Notes: a model not told the origin generated them from the sequence alone. A stretch of 64,000 nucleotides of DNA from an uncultured delta proteobacterium (GCA_963723235.1 CAVRPV010000006.1:304914-368913), one strand, 5' to 3'. Shown: positions 22,641 to 36,076, counted from the stretch's first letter. Program-made: numbers and translations.

Positions 22641-24881
22641 TCAAATGCTTATCTGCCGGCTTACCGGCAATTCGATCACAAAACAGGTTCCGCGGGGCTG
22701 ATTGTCGCGAACCCTGATGTAGCCGCCGTGATCGGCGATAATCGTGGTGACAATCGCCAGGCCCAGCCCGGTGCTGTCTTTTTTCGTTGAAAAATAGGGG
22801 TCAAATATTTTAGGTTTCAGTTCGGGCGGGACACCGCTGCCGTTATCGGCGACCTCTACTGTTACCATATTCAGTTTTGGCTTGTATTCGGTGCGTATCG
22901 CGATCAGGCCGTCATTTTCCAACGAGCCGACCGCGTTGTCAAGGAGATTAATCAGAACCCTTTTGATCTGACCACGGTCAAGACTGAGCCGCCCCACAGT
23001 GCTGCCCGGCTCGAAAACAAAACTGATATCCTTATGGGCTTCACGGTACAGGGTCAGGGTATCCTCGATTATTTCATGAATATCATTGGCCCTGGGTTGT
23101 GTGGCCGGCATTTTGGCAAAACTGGAAAATTCATTTACAAGCTTCTTGAGTTCATCAACCTGTACGACAATCGTACCCAGACAATCCGTGAAAACGCTGC
23201 GGTCCTGGTTGATCTGAGGTGAAAATTTCCGGAGAACCCGCTGGGCGTTCAGCTTAATGGGCGTAAGCGGGTTTTTTATCTCATGCGCAATGCGCCGGGC
23301 GACCTCCCGCCAGGCATAGGCCCGCTGAGACTGCTGAATCTGGGTCAGATCCTCACCAACCAGCACCAGCCCCATGTAGTTCCCTTCATTATCAAACAAC
23401 CTGTTTGAACGAATATACACGTAGGCCGTTCGCTGAGCGAATGTCAACGTTACCTGGCGTTCAACCGCAACGAGGTTTAACCGCGTAACCTCATCAATCA
23501 GCTCCTTCAATGGCCGGAACTCATCAGGAGCGAACACCTCGCCGTAGGGGCGCCTGAGCACTGATTCCAGCGGGATGCCGAACATGGTCTGGGCCGAAAG
23601 ATTAAAATTGATAATAACACCCTCGCGGTCAATGGAGACAACCACGGCCGCAACATTCTCAAGCAGGCTCTCCATATATATCCGGCGGTGATCAAGCTCA
23701 GTGACCATGTCACGCAAATGGCGTGTAGTCTGCTCGACCTTCTCATGGCTGACACGCAAATCGCAGGTCATCTTGTTGAAGGAATCAACCAGAACACCGA
23801 TTTCATCATCAGCGGCAGGCTCAATCTGGAAATCAAGGTTGCCCTGGGCAATCTGCTCAGTAGCATTGGCCAGCGAAGTGATCGGCACCGTTATGACTTT
23901 TGAAAGGTGAAAGCCGAACCATGTGGCCGAGAATATAATCAGCAGGGTCACAACCGAAAGCAGGAGCACATACAGATACTTGATCGGATTTTTATAGAAC
24001 TTCAGCTGCTTGTAGTCCTGGAACGCCTTGGCAATGTTGTCCATCTTTGACACCAGACTGCGGGGCACGTAATAATTAACAACAATCACGCCCACAACAT
24101 CCTTGCGGCCCCAGCTTGAAAACACCGGAACAACCCCCCTGATAATATCGCTTTCGCCGGCCGGCTGGATGCGGATACTCTCCTTGCCGTCAAGGGCCTG
24201 CTGCACCAGAGATGAGTCGGCGCTGATAAAACTGGAATCGGGCACCTGCGGGTTCATGGCCTTCACCAGTTCTTCCTTCTGGGAAGAATAGACCTCGACC
24301 ACGCCAAGGTTGTATTCGGCCTGTTTCTCATTGATAAAATCACGCAATATTTCCAGATTCATCTGGGACAGCAGCTTGTTGTCGGTTATATTCCGGCTCA
24401 GCTGCTTGGCATAATAGAGCGCGTTGGAGGAAGCATTATTATAGTAGGCCTCGGTAACGCTGAAAGCCTCCTCAAGGGTGGTTTCAACCTTGAAGCTGAA
24501 CCAGTTCTCAATCGTATTGCTGATAAAACCTATTGAAACCCAGAACAGCAGCAGAGTCGGCACCAGCGACAGCCCGACAAAGGCGATCACCAGCTTGGAT
24601 CTCAGCTTTGACCCCAGGATGCCGCGCCGCCGTTCAAAAACCAGCTTGACCACGTTGCGAACGACCAGGTAAACAAGCAGCAATAGGAGAATAGCGTTCA
24701 CGTTGATCAGCAGGAACACCAGTATATTTTGCGGCAGCAGGGCCTCGCCGCGCTTGCCCGTCACGTAGAGCAGGAGCGAAGTCAGCGCGACAACCAGCAG
24801 GATAACAAAAATGATAATCAGGCGCTCGCGCCGGCGGCGTTTTTTTCCCTGCACCTGTGTACTGGCGGCACTCTTGTTCAT
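22641..24881 (-). CDS. ntrY: NtrY-like PAS/HAMP sensor histidine kinase
   Basis: N-terminal TMs, GSKLRSKLV, HAMP, PAS, AWREVARRIAHEIKNPLTPI, N/G1/F/G2 boxes. Confidence 0.9.
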   Translation of the reverse strand: MNKSAASTQVQGKKRRRRERLIIIFVILLVVALTSLLLYVTGKRGEALLPQNILVFLLINVNAILLLLLVYLVVRNVVKLVFERRRGILGSKLRSKLVIAFVGLSLVPTLLLFWVSIGFISNTIENWFSFKVETTLEEAFSVTEAYYNNASSNALYYAKQLSRNITDNKLLSQMNLEILRDFINEKQAEYNLGVVEVYSSQKEELVKAMNPQVPDSSFISADSSLVQQALDGKESIRIQPAGESDIIRGVVPVFSSWGRKDVVGVIVVNYYVPRSLVSKMDNIAKAFQDYKQLKFYKNPIKYLYVLLLSVVTLLIIFSATWFGFHLSKVITVPITSLANATEQIAQGNLDFQIEPAADDEIGVLVDSFNKMTCDLRVSHEKVEQTTRHLRDMVTELDHRRIYMESLLENVAAVVVSIDREGVIINFNLSAQTMFGIPLESVLRRPYGEVFAPDEFRPLKELIDEVTRLNLVAVERQVTLTFAQRTAYVYIRSNRLFDNEGNYMGLVLVGEDLTQIQQSQRAYAWREVARRIAHEIKNPLTPIKLNAQRVLRKFSPQINQDRSVFTDCLGTIVVQVDELKKLVNEFSSFAKMPATQPRANDIHEIIEDTLTLYREAHKDISFVFEPGSTVGRLSLDRGQIKRVLINLLDNAVGSLENDGLIAIRTEYKPKLNMVTVEVADNGSGVPPELKPKIFDPYFSTKKDSTGLGLAIVTTIIADHGGYIRVRDNQPRGTCFVIELPVSRQISI

Positions 24882-25085
24882 TGGCGTTCATCCGATCCTG
24901 GTACCGGGTCAGGCGGCCGTTCATCAGCCGCGGCATGGTTGCAGATATTGACCCGATTATGAATCAACATTGTACTATGACTGGAGCCAGTATTCAAACG
25001 CAAATTCACATCTTTCTTGACAGTGCTTCCTTTTTTGTGTAGGTTTTCCCTTCATACCACAACCGCATCCCGGAAGGAACCCGCC

Positions 25086-26561
<1,476 letters not shown>

Positions 26562-26565
26562 AGCC

Positions 26566-28126
26566 ATGCAATGCAGCTTGAACAGCAAAAATCATTATTC
26601 TTGATTTCGGCTCTCAATACACCCAGCTCATCGCCCGCCGCGTCCGGGAAGCAAGGTATATTCCGAAATACATCCGTTTAACATCTCGCTGCAGAAGCTC
26701 TGCGGCAGCTCAAACCAGACGGCATCATCCTTTCCGGCGGCCCGTCAAGCGTCTATGATCAGGGCGCCCCCCTCATTTCACCTGAAACCTTTGACCTCGG
26801 CGTGCCGGTGCTGGGCATCTGCTACGGCATGCAGCTGACATCCATCTGTTGGGCGGCAGGGTCGCGGCACACTGCAGCAAGCGCGAATACGGCAAAGCCG
26901 AACTGACCATCGACAACAAACGAAGATCTGTTTAACGGTTTCTCGACCGGCAGCACAATTCAGGTCTGGATGAGCCACGGCGACCGCCTTGAAAATGTGC
27001 CCCCCGGATTTGAGATCATCGGCCACAGCGGCAATTCCCCTGCTTGCGGCCATGCGCAACGTAAAGCGCCGCATCTACGGCGTGCAGTTTCACCCGGAGG
27101 TTGTCCATACGCCGCAGGGCACGCAGCATTCTGGAAAATTTCATTTTCACAATCTGCGCGTGCAAGCCAGTCTGGACCATGAGATCATTCATCCAGCATT
27201 CCATCGAGAGCATCAGGGCAACAGTCGGCGATAAAAAAGTCATTTGCGGCTGCAGCGGCGGCGTTGACTCAACCGTGGCAGCCGTGCTGATCGATAAAGC
27301 CATCGGCAGACAGCTGACCAGCATTTTTGTCGACAACGGCGTTCTGAGAAAAAATGAATTTGAAACCGTTTCCCGCCTGCTGCGCGAGACCTTCTCTATA
27401 AACCTTGTGGCAGTTGATGCCTCAAAGCGATTTTTGGACAAGCTTGCCGGCGTTGACGACCCTGAGCAGAAGCGCAAAATCATCGGTGACGAGTTCATTT
27501 CAGTATTTGACGAGGAAGCCGCAAAATGGGCAAAATCGATTTTCTTGCACAGGGAACCCTGTACCCCGATGTGATCGAAAGCGTATCAGTTAAAGGGCCC
27601 TTCGGCGACCATAAAAAGCCATCATAATGTCGGCGGCCTGCCTGAGCAAATGAAGATGAAGCTGCTTGAACCCTTCCGCGAACTGTTCAAAGATGAAGTG
27701 CGGGAAATAGGCACGAGAGCTTGGCATTCCTGATGATTTATCAGCGCCAGCCTTTTCCCGGCCCGGGCCTTGCCATGCGCCTTATCGGGCCGGTCAATCC
27801 GAGCCGATCTCGAAGCTTCTGCGGAAGGCGATGCGATAATTATTGAAGAATTTAAAAATGCCGGCCTGTACAACAGCGTGTGGCAATCATTTGCCGTTCT
27901 GCTGCCCATCAAAACCGTCGGCGTCATGGGTGATGAGCGCACCTATGAAAAAGTTATCGTGCTGCGGGTGGTTGAAAGCGTCGATGGCATGACCGCCGAC
28001 TGGGTGAAACTGCCCTATGACCTTCTCGGCCGCATCTCCAACCGCATTATCAACGAAGTAAAAGGCGTCAACCGCGTTACCTACGATATCTCATCCAAGC
28101 CGCCAAGCACGATTGAGTGGGAATAA
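26566..28126 (+). CDS. guaA: GMP synthase (multiple frameshifts)
   Basis: [59 protein letters not shown]. Confidence 0.93.
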
Positions 28127-28156
28127 ACTGCTTCACAACAATTTTAAACTCAGCCA

Positions 28157-28906
28157 TCAATTTTCAAATATACGCAGTACATTATCCCCATCCCCTGTTT
28201 CACGTATCGAAAGCTCCACATCTGCAACTTTTTTAAACAAACCAGACATTGCCTGTTCTGCGACATACTGGCCCAATTGCTCCTGCGTTACGGTCTGCAG
28301 AGCCGCGGCCTGATGCTGAACGGTTTCGATCTGTTGCTGTACACCTGCCGCCGTTGCAGTTATCTGATCGGCCGTTTCTCTGGCCTTAAGCAGTTTGCCA
28401 TATAGTTCGACGGCCCCATTCAGGTGGAGCTCTTCGGTTACCGCAGGCAGCAGAGCCTCCTGTACAACTGCACCAGCTTTTTCTTTCAAATAATCGGTGG
28501 CGGCAGTATTGCCGGCATCCAGCAGACCCTCAAGGCTGGGCGTTTCCATATTCATCACGATATTTTTCAGGATAGGCCCGGCCACCGGAATAGTATGTTC
28601 AGCAGCCTGATTGATCAGGGTTTCCAGCAGCACTGCCTGTGGATTTTGCTGCAGATCCCTGGCGATACCGATGGCCAGCCCCAGGGGCGGGGGCAACAGG
28701 ATGCGAACCAGCGGGTCATCGAGAAACCCGCCCTTCATCGCCAATTGACCAATCACTGAATCAATACCGCTTGTCAGCCGCTGGCCGAATTGATTGGCTA
28801 AAAATTGCTGAAACTTGACTTGTGCAGTCTGTTGAAAACTGTCGACAAAAGAAGCACAGGACGATAAAAACACTGCTAGTAGAATAATTGCTGCACTGCG
28901 ACGCAT
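28157..28906 (-). CDS. DUF4197-family lipoprotein, probable integron gene cassette
   Basis: Lipobox FLSSC, GGFLDDPLVRILLP, INQAAE, AATDYL, GLFKKVA..E; starts about 50 bp after a GTTAAGC attC core. Confidence 0.75.
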   Translation of the reverse strand: MRRSAAIILLAVFLSSCASFVDSFQQTAQVKFQQFLANQFGQRLTSGIDSVIGQLAMKGGFLDDPLVRILLPPPLGLAIGIARDLQQNPQAVLLETLINQAAEHTIPVAGPILKNIVMNMETPSLEGLLDAGNTAATDYLKEKAGAVVQEALLPAVTEELHLNGAVELYGKLLKARETADQITATAAGVQQQIETVQHQAAALQTVTQEQLGQYVAEQAMSGLFKKVADVELSIRETGDGDNVLRIFEN

Positions 28907-28955
28907 AGCGATTTCCGGGGAAAGTATCCATCGGTAACAACGCGGAGTTACGGAT

Positions 28956-29014
28956 GCTTAACGTTTGAATTCGCCGGGCTGCGCGGCTTCTGTGCAGCTC
29001 CGGAGCAATAATTG
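28956..29014 (-). mobile_element. Integron attC site, interrupted at its inverse-core end
   Basis: Minus strand ends GTTAAGC (GTTRRRY); central palindrome CCGGGCTGCGCGG/CTGTGCAGCTCCGG; other end broken at TTGT. Confidence 0.6.
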
Positions 29015-29160
29015 TGCACGCCCGGCATGGGCATGAACGAATGGGGAACACGTCCCCTGAATAAAAGCGGGTTAATGTTTAGCAGAAGTCCCAGCCGAAG
29101 GCAAGGGCGCAGTCGTGAGTCGTGAGTCGCGCGTCTTAAGGAAGCCGGAGAGCCAAGCTG
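29013..29160 (+). mobile_element. 5' fragment (domain I) of a group IIC intron
   Basis: GTGCACGCCCGGCATGGGC...GGGG/GTCCCC...AGCCGAAGGCAAGGG...GTCTTAAGGAAGCCGG resembles class IIC 5' ends; no RT ORF follows. Confidence 0.6.
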
Positions 29161-29418
29161 CGAGCCAAGCCTGCCCCGGACTTGGGAGGAACCGGGACAG
29201 GCGAACTATGCATTATATATGCAGTCGCCGGCCGGCACACAAGGCTTTTCGGCGACCTGCCCTCGTTGAACGAAAGAGGAATGTATATTATAGGAAAAGG
29301 CGAAGAACATAAAACTGGTTCATGCAGCAACCACTTCGGGCATCCGGTGCTTGCCCCCGAAAAAGTTTGAGGGTATAATGCCGGATAAGCAAAAAAAAAC
29401 AGCAATAATGGTGTAGGT

Positions 29419-29928
29419 ATGAGACAAATTATTTTACTTGTTTTATTGCTTCCTGGTTTGGCTAACGCTGAAATATACAAATGGAACGCCAGCAGCGGCC
29501 AGATACCTTTTTCTGAAACACCAGTGGCCATGAAGGAGGCAGAAAAAGTCAGTGCTGAAGTAAGCAGCTATGGGCAGTTGGTTGCAAAGAATGTGTCCAG
29601 AAATTCATCGCTCACAGGTTCAAAGGTAGTTATGTATGCTACGAGCTGGTGTCCACACTGTGCTAATGCCAGGAAATACTTCAAAAAAAACAAAATCCCC
29701 TATGTCGAGTATGACATTGAAAAAAGCAAACAAGCTAAAAAAAAGTTTGATTCAATTGGTGGCTCAGGCGTTCCACTGATTTTGTTAGGTGAAAAGCGCC
29801 TCAGTGGGTTTAGCGAGTCTGAATTTGAGAAACTGCTTGATAATAACAGGCGTAAAGGAGAGCAGTCAAGCCCGCGAACCCGCCGCGGCAGCTCAAAGCA
29901 AGAAAATGAATCTCATCGGCTTGAATGA
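29419..29928 (+). CDS. Exported glutaredoxin-like protein with N-terminal DUF4124
   Basis: Signal peptide, AEIYKW..GQIPFSETP, YATSWCPHC, YVEYDIE, GVPLI. Confidence 0.85.
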   Translation: MRQIILLVLLLPGLANAEIYKWNASSGQIPFSETPVAMKEAEKVSAEVSSYGQLVAKNVSRNSSLTGSKVVMYATSWCPHCANARKYFKKNKIPYVEYDIEKSKQAKKKFDSIGGSGVPLILLGEKRLSGFSESEFEKLLDNNRRKGEQSSPRTRRGSSKQENESHRLE

Positions 29929-30900
29929 CATGCTAAAAAACCCCCTCCCTTCCCTTTCCCCCGATCTCTTGTTTGCCTTAAACCCATACGTTAATAGCCC
30001 CTTCTATATCTTCTCACCCCCCCACACTAGAAACCCCCCTTTACTATAAATTTTTTTTTAATTTTTTTTAAACTATTTGAATTAATCCTTTCTGACTCCA
30101 ATTGTTCAATTAGAAAATATTCTGGTACCTTTTGCTCCTCGTGTTCTCAGCGTCCGCAGGATCAAACCCCCACCACCTCTGGTGATCAGCTGCGAGCCCC
30201 AAACCAAGGCCGACATGGCGAACTGCTGTCGCGTGGCCGCGCCTGGCGTGATCCGCATGGATCGCATCACCCGGGATTGGCCGCCATTCACCGGGATGCC
30301 GGCAGCGCGATCAGTGCCAGCCGCGCAGCCCTCGGCTCGGCGTCGCTCACCCGTATCCTGCAATATAATCACTTCGTTTGGTCGGCGCAGTTGGTCGCGG
30401 CAGGGTGCCGAAAAACTGCGGCCAGGAGGATGAAACCCTCCAAGGGAAAACAAATCGGTCGATTCTTCATCAACAGGAGGCATGACCAAAAGCGAAATCC
30501 ACGAATATTACCGGCCACTGGGCTTCGCCTGCACCGACGGTTTCGTGCCGTTTCAAATTGAGATACATTCGGGTCGATGGCGCCGATCATGGTGGCCTGG
30601 TTTGCCGGGCATGAACTCTGGCTGCGTCGAGCGGCCAATGGTTCGCTGATGTCGTCGACATCACAGCGGAAGCGGAATGTCCTTCGTCTTTCCGTGGTGG
30701 CACAGCGAGAACACTTGGTACAGCTATCCCCCAGCAGAATAATTGTACACAGAACATAATAAATGCTATTGTTCGGCCATGGCATGGAAGCTGCTCCTGT
30801 TTCCTCAACTGGAAAACGGGGCAGCTTCCCTTTATCCTGTCAGAAAGATTATGTTACGTGCTAAAACCATGACCATTTTCCCAAAATAGCCCGGTTTATA

Positions 30901-31566
30901 GTGCGGTTCACGTTTACTCTGTTCCTAATTTCACTGGTCACGGTGCTTCTTCTACGATTTATTCCACCTGTTGCAAGCGCGTTTATGGTTGCCAAATACT
31001 GCACGGGTCTTTTTGTTTCAAGCAGCAGGACGTCAATCAAGTACCATTGGGTTGACTGGCACAATATCTCTCCTCACATAGCCCTGGCAGCTGTGGCAGC
31101 TGAAGATCAGAAATTTCCGGATCATCGTGGATTTGATTTCGAATCCATGGTTGAAACCCTGAAAAAAAGAGAGAAAGGTGGAAGTCTGAGAGGAGCCAGT
31201 ACCATCAGCCAGCAAGTTGCCAAGAATCTGTTCCTTTGGCAAGGAAAGAGCTTTATCCGAAAGGGACTTGAGGCTTACTTTACCGTGTTGTTGGAGGTTC
31301 TGTGGCCAAAGAGGCGGATTCTGGAAGTCTATTTGAACATAGCAGAATTTGGTGATGGAATATATGGAGTGGAAGCAGCGGCAAAGAGGTTCTTTAATAA
31401 GCCTCCCTCAAGACTCACAGAGAGAGAAGCAGCATTTTTAGCAGCAGTCCTCCCTAACCCGATACGACTCAAGGTGGCGGAACCATCTGCCTATGTAACA
31501 CGAAGAGCACAAAGAATAGAAAGACAGATGAGAAATCTTGGGTCATCATACTTGAAGGACATTTGA
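30901..31566 (+). CDS. mtgA: Monofunctional peptidoglycan transglycosylase
   Basis: [53 protein letters not shown]; start uncertain. Confidence 0.92.
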   Translation: MRFTFTLFLISLVTVLLLRFIPPVASAFMVAKYCTGLFVSSSRTSIKYHWVDWHNISPHIALAAVAAEDQKFPDHRGFDFESMVETLKKREKGGSLRGASTISQQVAKNLFLWQGKSFIRKGLEAYFTVLLEVLWPKRRILEVYLNIAEFGDGIYGVEAAAKRFFNKPPSRLTEREAAFLAAVLPNPIRLKVAEPSAYVTRRAQRIERQMRNLGSSYLKDI

Positions 31567-31664
31567 AGCGCATCTTGATGGAAGACAGAAATGATAGTAT
31601 CAGGGAACAGTATCGATGCTAAATCATGATTGGATCGCATGAAAATAATTATCGTGATCTAAGA

Positions 31665-31812
31665 GGTTGTTGAAAAAATCTTTTTATTCAGGCTGTTCAA
31701 AAAGGAACGGATGCAAGACGCGTGCAGTCATGAGGAATGAGGCGTACTCACTCGTACGCCGCAAAGACGAATGATAAGCGCAACGCAGCAGACGGGCTTT
31801 TTTCAACAGCCC
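31665..31812. repeat. Palindromic MITE/REP-like element, copy 2
   Basis: GGTTGTTGAAAAAATC...GAGGAATGAGGCGTAC...GTACGCCGC...GCGCAACGCAG...TTTTCAACAGCC. Confidence 0.75.
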
Positions 31813-31813
31813 G

Positions 31814-33518
31814 TTAGAGCGTTTCCATCTCCTCCAGCCTGCGAAACCCGCCCGCATCGGCGCGATAAACACAATCGCGCCCACCAGCAGGATCAGAAAA
31901 AACGACAGCGCTATCATGAACCAGTCGAAACTGCTCAAAACACGATTTTGAAACCCGGCCGTGACCAGCAGGTGAACGGGGAGCGCTTCCAGCACTACAA
32001 TCGCGCCGACAAACAGCACTGAACACATCATGTACATCAGCCCGCCGAACCCGTTTGGAATCTGGGCGACGTTCTCGTATCTGAAGCGCGGATACATGGC
32101 CCCGAACCCGACACTGAGACTGGTCAGCCCGAAGGTCATAAACAACACCGTGAGCGTTGAGAGCACCATCATGTAGGTCTCGACCCTGAGAAAGTAATTG
32201 GAGCACACAGTCAGTATCACGGCCAGCAAAGCCAGGAACACAAAGTTGACCCAGAACTTGCACCACAGCAGACCGCGCAGGCCCATGGGCGATGAGCGGA
32301 TTATCCAGAAGGAGAGCCCCTCAAGGCTGACCGCCGGATAGGCGAACCGGACCGCAACCGCGGAAATGACAAAACCGGCCAGGCCCATGTTCAAAAACGA
32401 GAAAATGCTGCGCAGCTGCTGCGTGGGTATGGGGCTTTTATCCAGCGGCAGCACGCTGAAATTATACAGGTAGATGCCGATAATGGCGCACAGCAGAAAC
32501 AGCTGCGACCACTGGGCAGTGTCCCTGAAAAATGTCCTGAAATCCTTGTCGATCACAACGCGCATGCGCGCGCTGAAGGGCCGCGTGAGCAAGCCGAACC
32601 AGGCGGTCAAACACGGCAATGCGGGTAGCCCGTGCCGGGCGCGATTCCTGAGCCTTGGACCAGGCTGAAAAAAATACCCTGTTGAAAAACAGATTCAGCA
32701 GCACGACCAGTGCAGCCGCAGTACTCCACACAAGCAGCAGATTGAAGATCAGGCCTGGAGGAGTTCTGGTCAAAAAGAAACACCCCCAGGATGTCGGACA
32801 GCCACTGGCTGGGCAGATAGGCCGATGTCGGCGCCTCCAGCGACGACAAATAATCAATGACCGTAAAAAAAGCATCCGGGTCAACCAGCCGCTCGGGTTT
32901 CAGCGTGCGGAACAGCACATACAGGCCAATGACGAGAAAAAGCGTAAACAGAAAGAGCACATCCTTAAGGCGCTGGGCCGGAAACGATTTCACCAGGCAC
33001 AGCGCAATGGCAATGCCGATCACGGAGGCAATCAGCAGGAACGGCACCAGCGAGGTTGCCATGACCGCGTAGTAGGCAGCCGATTGCTCAAACACGACGC
33101 CGTAGGCAACAAAAACCGGCAGGCTGAACAGCAATACCATCCACGAGCTGGTGAGCACGGTTTCACACAGCTTGACATAATAGAGTTCATCAAGGTCAAA
33201 GGGTGAGGCGACCAGCAGCTGCAGTTCCTCGGACATGAAAAACGAAGAGATAGCCGCAATGACGGTGCTGAAAATCAGGATCGAAAAAAAGGTGAGCAGG
33301 GCCATGGTGAGCAGCTTCTCGGCCAGGAAAGAGCCGAAAACCGGAATGCTGTTGAAATACTGCAGCACACGATAAAAACCGATGAAAATCGCCGCCCAGA
33401 ACAGCAGCCCCATGGCCCCGATGACCAGCGCGCGCACTGTACCCTTGCGCCCGCCCCTGCGGACCCGGTTGACCATCTGCGCCAAGCGCGGATAAAAAAG
33501 TGATGTATGCGACAGCAT
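31814..33518 (-). CDS. Putative ABC-2-type exporter permease (frameshifted)
   Basis: Multi-TM fragments 32607..33518 and 31684..32619; KDFRTFFRD..QWSQ, YPAVSLEG; follows the ABC ATPase. Confidence 0.8.
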
Positions 33519-33519
33519 G

Positions 33520-34278
33520 CTAGAGCCTCAATGCGCTGATTACTTCCTGCATATCCTCATCTCCGGTGAGCTTGAAAAAGATCGATTCAAGCCTGCCGTC
33601 CGAACCCCCGATCTGCTGCTTCAGCTCGGCCATGGTGCCGACCGCGATAAGGCGGCCCTGCTGAATAATGCCGATGCGGTCACACATCTCCTCGGCCACC
33701 TCAAGCGTATGAATTGACATGAAAATCGTAATACCGTGATCGCACAGCTCGCGGAAGATACGCTTGACCAGCTTTGCGCCGCGCGGGTCAAGTCCGACCA
33801 TGGGCTCATCCACGATAATGGCGCGGGGCCGGTGAATCAGGGCCGCGGCCATGACAAGCCGCTGCTTCATGCCGTGCGAATAGCTCTCAATCAGCTCGTC
33901 GGCGTAGTCCTCCATGTGAAAAAGCCCGGTCAGGCTTGTGACCGCCGGTTCAAGCTCCCGTGCGCTCACATCATACAACCCGCCGCAAAAACGCATAAAT
34001 TCCCTGCCGGTAAGCTTGCCGTACACAAACGGACGGTCAGGGATAAAGCCGCAGATCTGCTTGGCCTTTTCAGGCTCGCGCAGCACGCTGATGCCGTCGA
34101 TATACATCTCGCCGGCAGTGGGTTTCAGCAGTCCGGCCATCATGCGAATGGTGGTGGTCTTGCCTGCGCCGTTGGGGCCTAAAAAGCCGAACAGCTGCCC
34201 TGCGGGTATCTGCAGGTCGAGTGAATCAACCGCGACAAGTTTGCCGTAATTTTTAGTGAGATTTTCAAGCCGTATCAT
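33520..34278 (-). CDS. ABC transporter ATP-binding protein
   Basis: GPNGAGKTT, YSHGMKQR, IIVDEP. Confidence 0.93.
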   Translation of the reverse strand: MIRLENLTKNYGKLVAVDSLDLQIPAGQLFGFLGPNGAGKTTTIRMMAGLLKPTAGEMYIDGISVLREPEKAKQICGFIPDRPFVYGKLTGREFMRFCGGLYDVSARELEPAVTSLTGLFHMEDYADELIESYSHGMKQRLVMAAALIHRPRAIIVDEPMVGLDPRGAKLVKRIFRELCDHGITIFMSIHTLEVAEEMCDRIGIIQQGRLIAVGTMAELKQQIGGSDGRLESIFFKLTGDEDMQEVISALRL

Positions 34279-34315
34279 TGGTAACCCCGTAAAAATATAA
34301 AAATACTGATCTAGA

Positions 34316-34439
34316 GACGCGCGCGTAAAAAATTCGCAGACAAGGCGCGCACATCCGAAGGAATGAGGCGTACATGTAAGTACGCCGCAATGACTGAGGA
34401 GGCGCGCAACGCAGTATCCGGATTTTTTACACGTGCGTC
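34316..34439. repeat. Palindromic MITE/REP-like element, copy 3 (diverged termini)
   Basis: GACGCGCGCGTAAAAAAT...CAAGGCGCG...GGAATGAGGCGTAC...GTACGCCGC...GCGCAACGCAG...ATTTTTTACACGTGCGTC. Confidence 0.7.
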
Positions 34440-34440
34440 A

Positions 34441-35906
34441 TCATTTGTAGTCCGCCACCTCGATCTTCAGTCTGCCGATAAGGTTCAACACCATGAGCTG
34501 CTCCTCCATATCACCCTCGATAAATCTCACGTGGGTAACATCGGCCGGAAACTGGTTCAGGGTTGCGTCAACCGGCACCCAGTCGTTCAGATACAACTCA
34601 TTCCATGCATGGTAATAAAACCGGCCGCGCAAATAAACAAGCCCTGCAACCACACGGGTCGGTATTCCGGCCGCGCGGCACAGCGCCGCCAAAAGCACGG
34701 CATGCTCGTTACAGTCCCCCTGCCGGGCTGCGAGCACATCAAGTGCACTGGGCATGCCCGGAATCGGCCGTTTCTCGATATTTTTATAGACCCATTCATG
34801 CAAGCGGCGCGCCAGCTTCAACGCGCCGGGCTCTCCTTCGCCGATAACCTTGACCAGATCGGCAAATTCTCCGCGATCGCTTTGAATCAGCAGCGACGGC
34901 GCAAGCCAAGCTTCAAAACCCCTGCCCTGTAAACGGCAGCGTGTAGGAATTTTTACGACCGAGGTTCTGCGCCGAGATAGTGACGACATTGCCCTGCAGG
35001 GTCTGCTGGCCGCCGTCAAGCTGAAAACCCTTCAGATCGACATTAAGCAGCCGGAGACTCAGCGAACTGAGGCTGCTGCTGTAAAACGGCGTGTCAACCT
35101 CAATGGCCGCAGTCTCCACCATGTCAACCCGCTCGCCCCAGCCGCCATGCATGGCCTGCTCCCTGTCCTCGCGCAGCGACACCATGCCGGTGGGGCTCTC
35201 CTCCTTCACGGTTCGGCCCTGCTGGTCTATCCAGGCAGTCATCGTGACGCCCATGTAGGTGACCTGCATACGATAGCAGTCATACTCCTGCCCGGCCACG
35301 CTGAGTGTTTCGCGATCCTGTACCTCGATGCTTGCCGTGCGGTTACTCATGGTCATGGGGTCAAATACAACCCGCTCATACACAGAGCCGGGCCGCAGAC
35401 CTTCCTTCATGAGACTGTATTGAAGGGCGTTTGTGATAACCGGAGCGCTGGTGAGCTGCAGTTTTTTTTTCTCGGTTTTACCGCCGCTCACCACGGAAAG
35501 GCTCATCAGATTGTCGGCATCAATATCACCATAGGCGATAAAGCTGAGCCGCACCGGTGTTGATCCGCAAACTGAAAACCTGAAGATTAAATGCGTGGTC
35601 CGTGACCGTGTTAACCTGGGCCATGGTTTTCTGGGCAACCCCCATCATGGCCATGTCAAGCATGATGGTGTGATGTATCTGATAGCCGTCTTCAATGCGC
35701 TTGAGGGAATTGTGGGTATAGCCGATTTTCTGCCCCTGGAAATAAACACCGGCCCACTCCTCGATGTTTTCAACAGTAGCGCCCATGAAATGATCATCAA
35801 AGCTCAGTGAAGCGCGGGCCCTGAACTGTTTGCTGACCAGCAACGCCACCATCACCAGCCAGAAAACTACCGCGCATGTGCCTGCAATTCGGTAAAGACG
35901 TTTCAT
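34441..35906 (-). CDS. Membrane-anchored transglutaminase-like protein (two frameshifts)
   Basis: GDCNEHA..LAALCRAAGIPTR, YYHAWNE, WVPVDAT Cys-His-Asp triad in the 3' fragment. Confidence 0.85.
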
Positions 35907-36076
35907 GGTATGCCTGCAGAAAAACTGTCGGACATGCGGGCTGCAGGGCTGCGTTAAAAATGCCGCCAGCCTGCGCGCATTAAAAAACCCTGAAGTCGAG
36001 GAAGTCCTTCAGGGTCTCATTTTCTCATTATATGCACGGCCGTTCATGCTGGGTGATCTGCCGCCCGGCGCGTTTA

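Noticed and set aside
30106-30808. Short overlapping ORFs in a GC-rich patch
   Set aside because: No recognisable family in any frame; possibly a decayed gene fragment, but no call is supportable.
34441-35906. Transglutaminase as leader peptidase for the peptide locus
   Set aside because: It lies over 10 kb away in its own ABC operon and is a large membrane-anchored type, not lasso B2-like.
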